Below are positions 54,088 through 63,649 of a DNA stretch of 64,000 nucleotides, piece by piece. Position 1 is the first letter of the stretch; every line of letters starts with the position of its first letter. Made by a program: the position numbers and the translations under genes. The notes beneath the pieces were generated by a model that was not told the origin of the DNA, searched no databases, and saw only the letters and a list, made by a program, of their open reading frames with translations. Location of the stretch: positions 672,001 through 736,000 of the forward strand of contig OZ244044.1 in assembly GCA_965215275.1 (NCBI GenBank). Direction: 5' to 3'. This stretch comes from Thermodesulfobacteriota bacterium (GTDB lineage: Bacteria; Desulfobacterota_D; UBA1144; Nemesobacterales; JAJCZQ01).

Positions 54088-55368
54088 CTATAACGCCCTG
54101 TTCAGTAATTCCACTGGATGCACGGTTCTGATATTCAGGCCGTTCTCCCTGATACCTTTCTGTATCTGTATTAGGCATCCAGGGTTGCTGACGGCCAGTA
54201 CGTCAGAACCGGTCTTTTCTATATTTGATATTTTTCTGTGAAGAATTCGTTCAGCCATATCGGGCTGTACGAGGTTGTATATTCCTGCGCTGCCGCAACA
54301 GTGGCTTGACTCGTTCATTTCGATCAGACGCAGTCCCGGTATTTTCAGAAGGACGTTCCTGGGAGCCTGTACTATAGACTGTCCATGTGAAATATGGCAG
54401 GCATCCTGATAGGTTACCTTCAGTTTCAACTCCCTGAGCTCTTCATCTATACCTATCTCGTCAATGAATTCCATTATATCCCGGGTTTTTTCGCTCAGCT
54501 GTTTTGCTTTCAGAAAATACTCATCAGCAGGGGTAAAAAGGTCACCGTAATCTTTGACGCTCGACCCGCATCCTGCGGAATTTATAACCAGATAGTCAAC
54601 TTTCAGGCCGCCGAACGTATCGATCGTGTTACGGGCAAACTGCCTGCCTTCTTCAAGTCTCCCAGAGTGAGTGGATAAAGCCCCGCAGCACTGCTGATGC
54701 CTTGGTACTACTACTTCACAACCTAATTTCGTCAGTACTTCAATAGAGGCCTGGTTCGTCTTTGAAAAAAATACGTTCTGAACGCATCCGGTCAGAAAAG
54801 CCACTCTGTACTTCGTTTTCTTTTTTGATGGTATTACTTCAGGATACTTCGTGATACTTACGGAATCGGGTAAAGGGACCATCTGCTCCATTTTATGCAG
54901 ATCTTTCGATATTCTTTTCAGAATACCCGTAGAGGCAACCAGTTTACGAAGTCCGGTCTTATTATAAAGATAAAGAAAAGGTAATATCAGACCCAGTCTT
55001 TTCTGATAGGGGAACAATCTGAAAATAAACGCCTTGTACAGCCTGTCTCTCAGGGTTCTTGGGTAATTCCTCTCTATCTGAGACCGCGTGGTCTCTATTA
55101 ACTGTCTGTATTTCACTCCCGAAGGACAGGCAGTTTCACAAGCTAAGCACCCAAGGCATTTATCTATATGATCCACCGCGAAGTTCCCAAGTGGTATTCT
55201 TTCTTCCATAACGGACTTGATCAGATATATCCTGCCCCTTGGAGAATCAAGTTCGTTGCCGGTCTCAACGTAGGTCGGGCATGCGCTCAGGCAAAACCCG
55301 CAATGAACGCAGTCTTCGATAATACTCTGGCTCGGCTTGTCTATATGATCAAATCCGGACATGTTCAC
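54088..55368 (-). CDS. glcF: Glycolate oxidase iron-sulfur subunit
   Basis: CVHCGFCLSACPT, CLGCLACETACPSGV, CCG domains. Confidence 0.92.
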   Translation of the reverse strand: MNMSGFDHIDKPSQSIIEDCVHCGFCLSACPTYVETGNELDSPRGRIYLIKSVMEERIPLGNFAVDHIDKCLGCLACETACPSGVKYRQLIETTRSQIERNYPRTLRDRLYKAFIFRLFPYQKRLGLILPFLYLYNKTGLRKLVASTGILKRISKDLHKMEQMVPLPDSVSITKYPEVIPSKKKTKYRVAFLTGCVQNVFFSKTNQASIEVLTKLGCEVVVPRHQQCCGALSTHSGRLEEGRQFARNTIDTFGGLKVDYLVINSAGCGSSVKDYGDLFTPADEYFLKAKQLSEKTRDIMEFIDEIGIDEELRELKLKVTYQDACHISHGQSIVQAPRNVLLKIPGLRLIEMNESSHCCGSAGIYNLVQPDMAERILHRKISNIEKTGSDVLAVSNPGCLIQIQKGIRENGLNIRTVHPVELLNRAL

Positions 55369-56129
55369 TCTATTGTAAAATAAAATTTTTCCAGCTGCGA
55401 CCTGCTCAGCGCCGTTCTGAGAGCATCATCACTATCGAACGTTTTTCTCAGCAGTCTCTTTCCGTATATGCTGACGTTCAGCTTTTTTACGGAAAAAGGA
55501 TTAGGGTCGACCCTATATTTAAAACCATCAGCAGATCGTAAAGTTATATCCACCATGCCGTCTTCATAATCCGATGGAACGTCCTTTAACACGCTTGATC
55601 TCCAGCCATGGCAAAGGGCAAGTGATATAATGTCACCTATCTGTAAAAACTTCAAATTGGTCATTACTTCAGGAGAAAGTTCATTATCTTTAAGCGAATT
55701 GTATTCAGCACCAAAGATGGAAGCAATGATATCCTTTGTTTTTTTCTGAAGTTCCAAGGAACTTCCCTCGTCACGGTCCGTACAAGTGGAACTTTCGTTC
55801 AGCTTGGAAAAATGAAGGGCTATAAGTGCCGATGAATAACCATGGCTGTGAAAACCGTTCTCAAAGCTTTTTATCCAGATCCTTTTCTGCTCCTCGTCGT
55901 TCATCTCCATAAAGTTCGCCGGGTACCGGTTCTTTTTATCCGTTTTCGGATAAGTATCCCATTCTATCCATCCAAGGTCGTGATTATTAACCGCGTACAT
56001 AACTTCTTCAAAAGGTCTTATAGATGAAAAATGCTCGTTACCCCAGAACTTCATTACGTCCCCTGCAAGCCTCGCGTGGTCATGCTGATGGAACACTACC
56101 CACCCTTTTTCCAAGTCTCTTCTTATCAT
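55365..56129 (-). CDS. DUF3891-like protein
   Basis: MIRR..QHDHARLAG..W..HDLGW..D..SLALC pattern. Confidence 0.65.
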   Translation of the reverse strand: MIRRDLEKGWVVFHQHDHARLAGDVMKFWGNEHFSSIRPFEEVMYAVNNHDLGWIEWDTYPKTDKKNRYPANFMEMNDEEQKRIWIKSFENGFHSHGYSSALIALHFSKLNESSTCTDRDEGSSLELQKKTKDIIASIFGAEYNSLKDNELSPEVMTNLKFLQIGDIISLALCHGWRSSVLKDVPSDYEDGMVDITLRSADGFKYRVDPNPFSVKKLNVSIYGKRLLRKTFDSDDALRTALSRSQLEKFYFTIE

Positions 56130-56232
56130 CTTCTGTAACCGTACGACATAAAGTGATCAGAACTTTTGTCCCTGATAGATCGTTAAATATCGTTTCTGTT
56201 TTATTCCCTTTTCGGACGAACGCCGTTTCTGC

Positions 56233-57546
56233 TTATAAAAGTCTTCCGGGACTTAACACGTTACCGGGATCAAAGTTCTTTTTAAGGACCTTCATCAGAT
56301 CATAAGAGGACAGCAGACCGCTCCATTTATCAATCCTGTCAGATTCATCACAGAGTCTCTGAACCATTACGTTCCCTCCAAGAGCTGCAACGTAACTTCC
56401 GAGAAGCGATACGCACATTTTCAAGGACCTGCTTTCACCTTTGATCAGTACCTGTATTGAGCCGATACCTGCTTTTGCAGATATAAAGAACACCAGATCG
56501 AGGTTTCTGGCAACGTCCTCTGTGTATTCAAGAACCTTTGGAACGTCCGTGATAAGCACGTTGATCCTGCAGAGTGCATCATCAGACGGGTCCAGGAATG
56601 GAAAGTTCCTTATATACTTCCATACATTCCTATCGTTTTTTATAATAACTCCATCAATATTTTTATCTTTCAGTACACGGTCAACCGTCATGATCTGCTC
56701 ATCCACTGCTTTTGATACGTTCTCGATCTTTATAACGACGGCGTAAACAAGACCCGCCGGTCTTAAATTTGCAAATCGGGAAATGGCTTTTAAAAGATCG
56801 CGATTGATGATCTCGAACGCCGTCAGAGAGAGTTCAGCCTCAAGAACAGCTTTGGTCAGTTTTTTTACTTCCGACGCACTTTTTATACCCAAGATAAACG
56901 AAACGGACCTTTCGGCGATCGGGTGGACTTTCAAGGTTGCCTCAACTATTATGCCCAGGGTTCCCAGTGAACCAACGAACAGTTTCGGCAGGTCATATCC
57001 AGCTACATTTTTAACGACCTTGGCTCCACCCCTTATAATTTCCCCGTTCGCCCTTACGACCTTGACTTCAAGGACCTGCTCCCTGCAGGTCTTATACCTC
57101 ATCCTTGACGGACCACTGTCGTTCGAAGATATGATCCCTCCGATGGTGGCGCCTTGCTCCGTAAGGGGAGGGTCGAGCGCAATGAACTGATCCTTTTTTA
57201 CAAGCTGACCTTGTATATCCTCTAACTTTGCACCAGCCTGGACGGTAGCTATAAAGTCCATCTCGTTGTGATGGACGATCTTGTTCAGTTTTTCCAGCCC
57301 AAGGGCAACGTCATACGAATCAGGACCATTTCCCAGGGATATCTTGGTACCACTTCCATACGGTATAACGCTCAGTTTATTTTCACTACAGTACCTTACG
57401 ACCTCCGAAACCTGTTCATAGGTATCCGGAAGGACCGCCACCTGAGGAAGCCTGCCATGAACGGAAAACCCGTTAAGTTCATCTCTGCTGAACATAACGT
57501 TCAGTCCATCGGGCAAGCCTGTAAATTTTTCTTTATTGATCTTCAT
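56233..57546 (-). CDS. glcE: Glycolate oxidase FAD-binding subunit
   Basis: ATIGG, KVVKNVAGYDLPKLFVGSLGTLG, FDP..LSPGR. Confidence 0.88.
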   Translation of the reverse strand: MKINKEKFTGLPDGLNVMFSRDELNGFSVHGRLPQVAVLPDTYEQVSEVVRYCSENKLSVIPYGSGTKISLGNGPDSYDVALGLEKLNKIVHHNEMDFIATVQAGAKLEDIQGQLVKKDQFIALDPPLTEQGATIGGIISSNDSGPSRMRYKTCREQVLEVKVVRANGEIIRGGAKVVKNVAGYDLPKLFVGSLGTLGIIVEATLKVHPIAERSVSFILGIKSASEVKKLTKAVLEAELSLTAFEIINRDLLKAISRFANLRPAGLVYAVVIKIENVSKAVDEQIMTVDRVLKDKNIDGVIIKNDRNVWKYIRNFPFLDPSDDALCRINVLITDVPKVLEYTEDVARNLDLVFFISAKAGIGSIQVLIKGESRSLKMCVSLLGSYVAALGGNVMVQRLCDESDRIDKWSGLLSSYDLMKVLKKNFDPGNVLSPGRLL

Positions 57547-57564
57547 CTAATAACTAACGCTTAG

Positions 57565-59034
57565 TTAAAACATCTCTCCTTCTGCGTAGCTTTGCCATTT
57601 AAGTGCTCTCTCGTGCGACATTCCATGCTCGGCACAGGTCCTTGGAGTGGGAAACAGCTTACCGGGATTGCATATCCCCTTTGGGTCAAAGGTGCGTCTT
57701 ACCAGGTTCATCGTATCTATGTCCTGTTCGTTGAACATTATAGGTACGTAGTTTTTTTTATCATAACCCACTCCGTGCTCACCCGTGATGCTTCCACCCG
57801 AATCCACGCAGACCCGTAGTATTTCCTCTGACAGCTTTTCAACTTTCTCAAAGTCTCCCTCGGTCCTGGAATTATAGAGAATAAGAGGATGCAGATTACC
57901 GTCACCGGCGTGAAAAACGTTAGCAACGGTAAGTTCATATTTATCGCTCAGCTCATTGATCTTTCCAAGGACCTCGGACAGCTTGAACCTCGGTATAACT
58001 CCATCTTGAACATAATAGTCAGGGCTGACCCTGCCCATCGCAGCAAAGGCGCTCTTTCTGCCCTTCCAGAACAGGTCCCTTTCTGCCTCGTCCCTGGCAA
58101 CCCTTATATCCTTTGCGGAATTTTTTCTTAAAACCGTTTCCGCGATCGGCATCTGAGCTTCAACTTCAGCAGCGGTCCCGTCAAGTTCCAAAAGCAGAAT
58201 TGCAGCAGCATCTTCCGGATAACCCGCGTTAACGGACCTCTGAACGGCCTTTATGCAGGTATTGTCCATTATTTCCATACCCGCCGGTACTATACCACTT
58301 GCAATGATCCCGGATACTGACGAGCCGGCATCTTCTATACGATCAAATGAAGCAAACAGGGTCTTTACGGACCCAGGTCGTTTTATAATCCTTAAGACAA
58401 CCTTTGTTACAATACCCAGAAGCCCTTCGGAACCTATAACGATACTTAAAAGATCATAACCGGGAGAGTCGTGCGTTTTACCGCCTATCTCCACTACCTG
58501 CCCGTCCGGTAAGACCATTTCAACGCCAAGCACGTGATCGGTAGTGACCCCGTATTTAAGACAGTGCACCCCGCCGGAGTTTTCCGCAATGTTCCCTCCG
58601 ATCGTACAGACGATCTGACTTGATGGATCAGGTGCATAATAAAACCCATCTTTATCAACTGCTTCGCTCACCTCTCTGTTCACAACTCCCGGCTGAACGA
58701 CCACAAGCCTGTTCGGAACGTCTATCTCCAAGATCTTGTTCATCCTGGAAAGGCAGATTATTATTCCTGCTTTATTAGGTAATGCCCCACCGGACAGCCC
58801 CGTGCCTGCACCACGCGGCACAAAGGGGACCTCATACTTGTGGCACAGCTTTACTATCTCCGATACCTGCTTTGTTGTAGAAGGGAGGACCACGAACTGC
58901 GGCTTTACCCTGTAGCTTGTTAAACCATCACACTCAAACGCAATAAGCTGCTCATCAGACGACAGAACAGACCCTGGTTCCAGGATAAAACTGAGGCCGT
59001 CTTTAAGAATATTTTTCAGTCGTGGATCCATCAA
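57565..59034 (-). CDS. glcD: Glycolate oxidase subunit D
   Basis: PRGAGTGLSGG, YAPDPSS, HCLKYG, HAGDGNLHP, GEHGVG. Confidence 0.93.
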   Translation of the reverse strand: MMDPRLKNILKDGLSFILEPGSVLSSDEQLIAFECDGLTSYRVKPQFVVLPSTTKQVSEIVKLCHKYEVPFVPRGAGTGLSGGALPNKAGIIICLSRMNKILEIDVPNRLVVVQPGVVNREVSEAVDKDGFYYAPDPSSQIVCTIGGNIAENSGGVHCLKYGVTTDHVLGVEMVLPDGQVVEIGGKTHDSPGYDLLSIVIGSEGLLGIVTKVVLRIIKRPGSVKTLFASFDRIEDAGSSVSGIIASGIVPAGMEIMDNTCIKAVQRSVNAGYPEDAAAILLLELDGTAAEVEAQMPIAETVLRKNSAKDIRVARDEAERDLFWKGRKSAFAAMGRVSPDYYVQDGVIPRFKLSEVLGKINELSDKYELTVANVFHAGDGNLHPLILYNSRTEGDFEKVEKLSEEILRVCVDSGGSITGEHGVGYDKKNYVPIMFNEQDIDTMNLVRRTFDPKGICNPGKLFPTPRTCAEHGMSHERALKWQSYAEGEMF

Positions 59035-59143
59035 TTGTTCTTTCTTACAGTTACCCGATCAGAATTAAGTATAGTATATTGTATTTCCTGTAAGATTTCT
59101 TTAATCTGACCGTTAAAGTATTTTCAATGAAACTTTCAAGACC

Positions 59144-59788
59144 ATGACAATAAAAGCAAAGATACTACCCCCGTCGGACACCGGCTGCGTCCAGACCGCG
59201 GCAGAGACGCTCAAAAGAGGTGGAATTATCATTTATCCCACTGAAACCCTGTACGGCATTGGAGCACTTGCAGACAACGCGGAAGCGATCAGTAAAATAT
59301 TCAATATCAAGGAAAGAGCGGCCAACAAACCGCTTTTAACCTTGGTCAAAGATACCGACATGATCAGAAAATATTTTAAGATCAGTGAAGAACAGTTCCA
59401 TCTGTATAAGAAGTTCAGCAAGCTGCCCCTGACGATCATAGTGGAACAAAAGTTCAGGTTCCCGGACGAGCTTTCAGCAGGGACCAGGAAGGTCGGGATC
59501 AGGATATCCTCAAATCAGTTCGTTGCCGAACTCTTTAAGTTCATCCATACCCCGCTTGCGTCAACAAGTGCTAACATCAGCGGACAAGAACAAGTAACAA
59601 AGATCAAAGATATAATAGATCAGTTCGGTCATAAGGTTGATGTTATAGTTAACTCTGGTAATTTACCTGACTCTCAAGGGTCCACCATACTGGACATAAC
59701 GACCTGCCCCGTTGTAATGGTCAGAGAAGGCGATATAAAAAAGAAAGAATTAAAGGAGTTCTTTATTGGCAACGATCAAGGGATTTAA
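59144..59788 (+). CDS. tsaC: L-threonylcarbamoyladenylate synthase (Sua5/YrdC)
   Basis: YPTETLYG, K.R...KPL, STSANISG. Confidence 0.92.
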   Translation: MTIKAKILPPSDTGCVQTAAETLKRGGIIIYPTETLYGIGALADNAEAISKIFNIKERAANKPLLTLVKDTDMIRKYFKISEEQFHLYKKFSKLPLTIIVEQKFRFPDELSAGTRKVGIRISSNQFVAELFKFIHTPLASTSANISGQEQVTKIKDIIDQFGHKVDVIVNSGNLPDSQGSTILDITTCPVVMVREGDIKKKELKEFFIGNDQGI

Positions 59789-60983
59789 AGGTATAAGGTA
59801 CAACGCGGACAAAATTGAGGACCTAAGCAGCGTTATTGCTCCTCCTTACGACGTAATCAGTGAGCAGGAACAGGACGAACTTTATAAACTGAATCAGCAC
59901 AACGTTATCAGACTGATACTTGCCAAAGGTCAAGGAGACGACAGATATAGGAACGCTGGCAAGTCGTTTAAAGAATGGCTTGATGATTCGGTGTTAATTC
60001 AGGAAAGCCGTCCTTGTATTTATCCCTATTATCAGGAATTCGAGTTAGAAGGCAAGTCGTTTACAAGAAAGGGATTTATAGCCATTGTAAGAGTTGAGGA
60101 CTTTACCTCAAAAACAGTCTTTCCTCATGAGCAGACATTTAAAAAGCACAAGGAGGACAGATTGAAACTCACTACCGCGTGCAATGCCAATATGAGTCAG
60201 ATCTTTGCGGTCTATACGGACCAGAACGGCGAAGCGGAAAAGCTGATAGACAGGTCCATTGATAAACCCATAATGAGCGCCGTTACAAAAGACGGAGTCA
60301 ATAACAAGCTCTGGAAGATCGAGGATCAATCCGTTATAGATGAAGTTTCACACAAGTTTATGGATAAGAACTTACTGATAGCCGATGGACATCACAGGTA
60401 TGAAACTGCGATCAACTTCAGAAACGAACAGAGGAGTATGAACGGGAAAGACGGGGAAGAAAGACCTTATAATTACGTAATGATGTACCTTTCAAGATCA
60501 GAGGGTGAAGGTTTGATAATAAATCCCACACACAGGGTCGTTAGAAAGATCGGCCTGTCTGAAGATGAACTGCTTCAAAGAGTGGAAAAACATTTTGAGG
60601 TTAAAAAATGTAGTGAAGATAAGGTCCACGATCTAGCTTTTGATCAAATAGCCGTTGTATTAAGTTCCACAGGCTCAAGCTATGTGCTTAAACCCAGGCG
60701 TAAGTATACAAAGCATTATCAGAACCTGGCAGTGATGCAGCTTCACAACCTGATATTTAAACAGATCATAGACGAAGAAAACGCAGGGGTCTTATACACT
60801 AAATTTGAGGATGAGTTATACGACCTGGTTAAAGATAATGAGTATGAAGCGGGTTTTCTGCTACCCAAGATAAAAGCGAGTGATATATTCGAAGTCGTTC
60901 TTGACGGTAAAAAAATGCCTCACAAAACAACCTATTTTTATCCCAAAATACTTTCTGGGATGGTTTTCAATCCTCTCTGGTAA
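59766..60983 (+). CDS. DUF1015 family protein
   Basis: APPYDVIS, PHEQT, IADGHHRYETA, MPHKTTYFYPK. Confidence 0.9.
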   Translation: MATIKGFKGIRYNADKIEDLSSVIAPPYDVISEQEQDELYKLNQHNVIRLILAKGQGDDRYRNAGKSFKEWLDDSVLIQESRPCIYPYYQEFELEGKSFTRKGFIAIVRVEDFTSKTVFPHEQTFKKHKEDRLKLTTACNANMSQIFAVYTDQNGEAEKLIDRSIDKPIMSAVTKDGVNNKLWKIEDQSVIDEVSHKFMDKNLLIADGHHRYETAINFRNEQRSMNGKDGEERPYNYVMMYLSRSEGEGLIINPTHRVVRKIGLSEDELLQRVEKHFEVKKCSEDKVHDLAFDQIAVVLSSTGSSYVLKPRRKYTKHYQNLAVMQLHNLIFKQIIDEENAGVLYTKFEDELYDLVKDNEYEAGFLLPKIKASDIFEVVLDGKKMPHKTTYFYPKILSGMVFNPLW

Positions 60984-60996
60984 GGTAACAGGATAA

Positions 60997-61203
60997 TTAC
61001 TGGTTATTTTGCTGGTTTGTCTGAAATTTGTTGAACAAGGCCCCCCCCCAATATTTGCTCATATCTATCTCTTTAATACTTATTTCACTCTTGATATAAG
61101 TTCTTATAATGAAGAAAATTCCAACAACTCTAATACCAGTAAAAACGATAATCCCTACTATTAAAAACAATGCGAACAGTTTATTTACTGTCTTCTTTAG
61201 CAA
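60997..61203 (-). CDS. Small membrane protein or fragment ending QQNNQ; contains a G9 tract (C9 on the + strand, 61041-61049)
   Basis: One TM segment; 3' end shared with 62966..63415. Confidence 0.4.
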   Translation of the reverse strand: MLKKTVNKLFALFLIVGIIVFTGIRVVGIFFIIRTYIKSEISIKEIDMSKYWGGALFNKFQTNQQNNQ

Positions 61204-61217
61204 ATTTTGATTATTAT

Positions 61218-61988
61218 TTAATCTCTAATCAATAGATTTTTTATTGTTTTAGGTAAAACTGGATCAATTTCTTCAATAGATTCAGACTGGACAGTCTCTG
61301 ACTTTTCTTTTGATACTGACTTGGAGTTTGAAGTCCTTAATCTGCAAGTATGATGATAAACAACGTCATTAAGAGTAGCTCTAATTCCATCTATAGTTAT
61401 TCCAAAAATGTCATATCCATAAAAGATTTCCATAGAACCACCGTTTAAATTATCAATCACAAATCCTGTATTCTCTCCTTGTGTATAAGTAACCACGTTG
61501 CATCTATCAAAAGTATAACCTACCTTGCCACGACTATTAGATAAAATCTCTCGGCTGGGAAAACAAGGAGGTAAATCAAAAGTATAACCTACCTTGCCAC
61601 GACTATTAGTGCATCCATCTGCTGAAATAACAGTTGCTGTAACTATTGAGTCAGTAAGGTGTATGTTAAAAGTACCATCTAAAGATTCAGAAACATTATA
61701 CTGAGTTCTCCCCGAAACACTTATACTACCGATAGTAACCCTACCGGACGAACAATCCCAATAATTTGAGTTTGTATTTAAAAAATCATCTTGGGAAGAA
61801 ACACAGTCTCTATTAGTAGCGATACTATCTAGTGATGTGCTTTGAAACCGTGAATCTTCAATAACAGGACAATCATTTTCTACTATTGCATTTACGTTTT
61901 CGTTCCCATCTCCACCACCGCAAGCTAATAACACAACGATTAACAACCCACTAAATAGATAACTTTGTAATCTTTTATAAATCATCAC
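61218..61988 (-). CDS. Hypothetical Cys-containing lipoprotein
   Basis: Lipobox LLAC followed by GGGDG; AT-rich sequence. Confidence 0.7.
   Translation of the reverse strand: MMIYKRLQSYLFSGLLIVVLLACGGGDGNENVNAIVENDCPVIEDSRFQSTSLDSIATNRDCVSSQDDFLNTNSNYWDCSSGRVTIGSISVSGRTQYNVSESLDGTFNIHLTDSIVTATVISADGCTNSRGKVGYTFDLPPCFPSREILSNSRGKVGYTFDRCNVVTYTQGENTGFVIDNLNGGSMEIFYGYDIFGITIDGIRATLNDVVYHHTCRLRTSNSKSVSKEKSETVQSESIEEIDPVLPKTIKNLLIRD
61506..61609. repeat. 35-bp perfect direct repeat (61506-61540, 61575-61609) around a 34-bp insert, in frame
   Basis: atcaaaagtataacctaccttgccacgactattag occurs twice; NSRGKVGYTFD occurs twice in the protein. Confidence 0.9.
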
Positions 61989-62246
61989 TTGTAATAAATT
62001 CCCGTTTGTCTTCTACTTCTTTTTTTTCTAAAAGTTTTAATTTTTGGGAATTATATAGGAAAGTTGACAAACTATATTACTCGTTAACTTTCTTATATTT
62101 TCTAAATCTTGGTTTAACATTTTTATTACCTAAAAGAATACGAACCACATCATCAAATTCTATCTCGTGCATTCCAGGCAGACGGGTTTTCCTTTCTTTT
62201 TAACAACTTCTTTTGATTCGTAACCATATAACGATTGATTTTATTT

Positions 62247-62393
62247 CTACTCACAACGTTCTATATAATCAACGCATTGTCCATTAAAAGTACGTGCACA
62301 ATGCAAGCTACATTCTTCTCTCAAATCATCACATCCTGACCCAGCCACGACTATAAATGATAAAATAACTAAACCCATTAAAAAATTTTTCAT
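62247..62393 (-). CDS. 48-aa Cys-rich lipopeptide (MKNFLMGLVILSFIVVAGSGCDDLREECSLHCARTFNGQCVDYIERCE)
   Basis: Hand translation; strong AAGGAGG RBS, signal peptide with GSGC lipobox, four further Cys. Confidence 0.65.
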   Translation of the reverse strand: MKNFLMGLVILSFIVVAGSGCDDLREECSLHCARTFNGQCVDYIERCE

Positions 62394-62413
62394 TTTTTAA
62401 CCCTCCTTCAGAT

Positions 62414-62775
62414 CTAATAAACAAACATGAAACAGACAAACGCACCCATTCCGTCTGAATAAGCACATCTCGCACTTTCTATAGCTTTTACAAGTTCTGG
62501 AGAATCATCGGTGATTTTATCAAACCACTCCTGGTGAACATCCTTGTCCCAAGACCATTTGTCCTGAAAAGAAGCACCAGAAGCTAAACTATCAGGTGTA
62601 GAATGGAAATCTCTATTTTCGTTAAAAGGAGGGTTGGTTGCAATCAAATGAACAGATTCACTGTTCATTGTTTGTAAAAAATCTAAATTATCGCCATGAA
62701 ATGAAGTACGGTTATCCCAGTTAGGTAGTACCGTGTGTACTACTGGATTGGATGGGGGGGGGTAGGTTTATTCAT
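62414..62775 (-). pseudogene. Truncated DNA methyltransferase N-terminus with a 5' C9 tract (62754-62762)
   Basis: PNWDNRTSFHGDNLDFL..VHLIATNPPFN..GASFQDKW, same family as 3466-4883; ends prematurely; ATG 62775 is one base out of frame. Confidence 0.75.
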
Positions 62776-62965
62776 CTCGTTAAGTCCTTATATTTAGTAT
62801 CTTACCATCTAATCCTCTAAACATCAATTTGCTTCTGTAACTTACACATAAATCACCTATTTTAAATCCCCATTGTACCACTTTCCATTCATAACAACCT
62901 GTATAAAAATAGCATTGTACGCAATAGTCTTTTGTTAATAGTTATCAGAGAAGATAACAGGATAA

Positions 62966-63415
62966 TTACTGGTTATTTTGCTGTTTTTTATAAATTTCTA
63001 ATATTTGTTCGATCATTGCATCTTGTTTATCAAATCTTGCACTTTGTTCAGCAAACTCTTTCTTTTGCTCGGCAAACTCTTTCTTTTGCTCGGCAAACTC
63101 TTTCCTTTGTTCAGCAAACTCTTTCCTTTGTTTTTCAGCAAATTCATTCATTATATCTTTAATATCTTGTTTAAATTCTCTGCCCATTTTTACCTCCATA
63201 AGACTTAACTGGTCATCTATATATACTCTGACAAATAAAAACGTAGCAGCAACTATTGATGTTGATAATAATACAACCCCAACTAAATTCTCTTCTAATT
63301 TACCATAATTACTATAAACAGATGTTATAAAAACAAATGTACCGAGTGCAAGGTATATTGGTATTAAAACAGTTAACCCACTGTCTAATACGCGTTTAAA
63401 ACTCTCCCGTTCCAT
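62966..63415 (-). CDS. Hypothetical protein with two TM segments and a KEFAEQ(K/R) heptad-repeat coiled coil
   Basis: About four 21-nt tandem repeats at roughly 63044-63130. Confidence 0.65.
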   Translation of the reverse strand: MERESFKRVLDSGLTVLIPIYLALGTFVFITSVYSNYGKLEENLVGVVLLSTSIVAATFLFVRVYIDDQLSLMEVKMGREFKQDIKDIMNEFAEKQRKEFAEQRKEFAEQKKEFAEQKKEFAEQSARFDKQDAMIEQILEIYKKQQNNQ

Positions 63416-63458
63416 AATAATAAACTTATATCAAACCGTGAATGTTTAGTCAACTTTT

Positions 63459-63539
63459 TTAACGGATCAGGTCCTTATACCTTAACGGTTCATTCTCCAT
63501 AGATCTACTTAAAGCAACCATACGGTCAAGTGTGTCAAT
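63459..63539 (-). pseudogene. Last 26 codons of an IS1595 transposase
   Basis: IDTLDRMVALSRSMENEPLRYKDLIR* parallels RHTTERINSLCDRSFNKRLTYKRLVG* of the intact transposase; lies just inside the end at 63586. Confidence 0.65.
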
Positions 63540-63649
63540 GTTTTTAAATAGTTATATTATCTTCGGTACTTAACTATATAATCCCCTATCTTTAATATCT
63601 TGTCTAAATTCTCTACCCATCTTACTTCACCTGTTTATAACAGAACAAA

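Larger units (their letters stand above)
62046..63586 (-). mobile_element. Internally deleted IS1595 derivative or nest of derivatives with cargo genes
   Basis: Ends gggaattatataggaaagttgac (62046) and rc ggggattatatagttaagtacc (63586); transposase C-terminal relic inside; flanks do not form a clean TSD. Confidence 0.6.

Noticed and set aside
10190..60329. Many 60-145 aa ORFs antisense to or overlapping housekeeping genes
   Set aside because: Shadow ORFs with no recognisable motifs, lying on well-supported genes.
61506..61609. CRISPR array
   Set aside because: Only two repeats, inside an open reading frame, with no clear palindrome, leader or cas genes; kept only as a possible integration scar.
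63044..63130. 21-nt tandem repeats as a CRISPR array or phase-variation tract
   Set aside because: No spacers, and the unit is a multiple of three encoding coiled-coil heptads.
62038..63594. TSD for the 62046-63586 element
   Set aside because: Flanks taattttt and tatcttta match at only 5 of 8 positions in AT-rich DNA, so the two ends may belong to different insertions.
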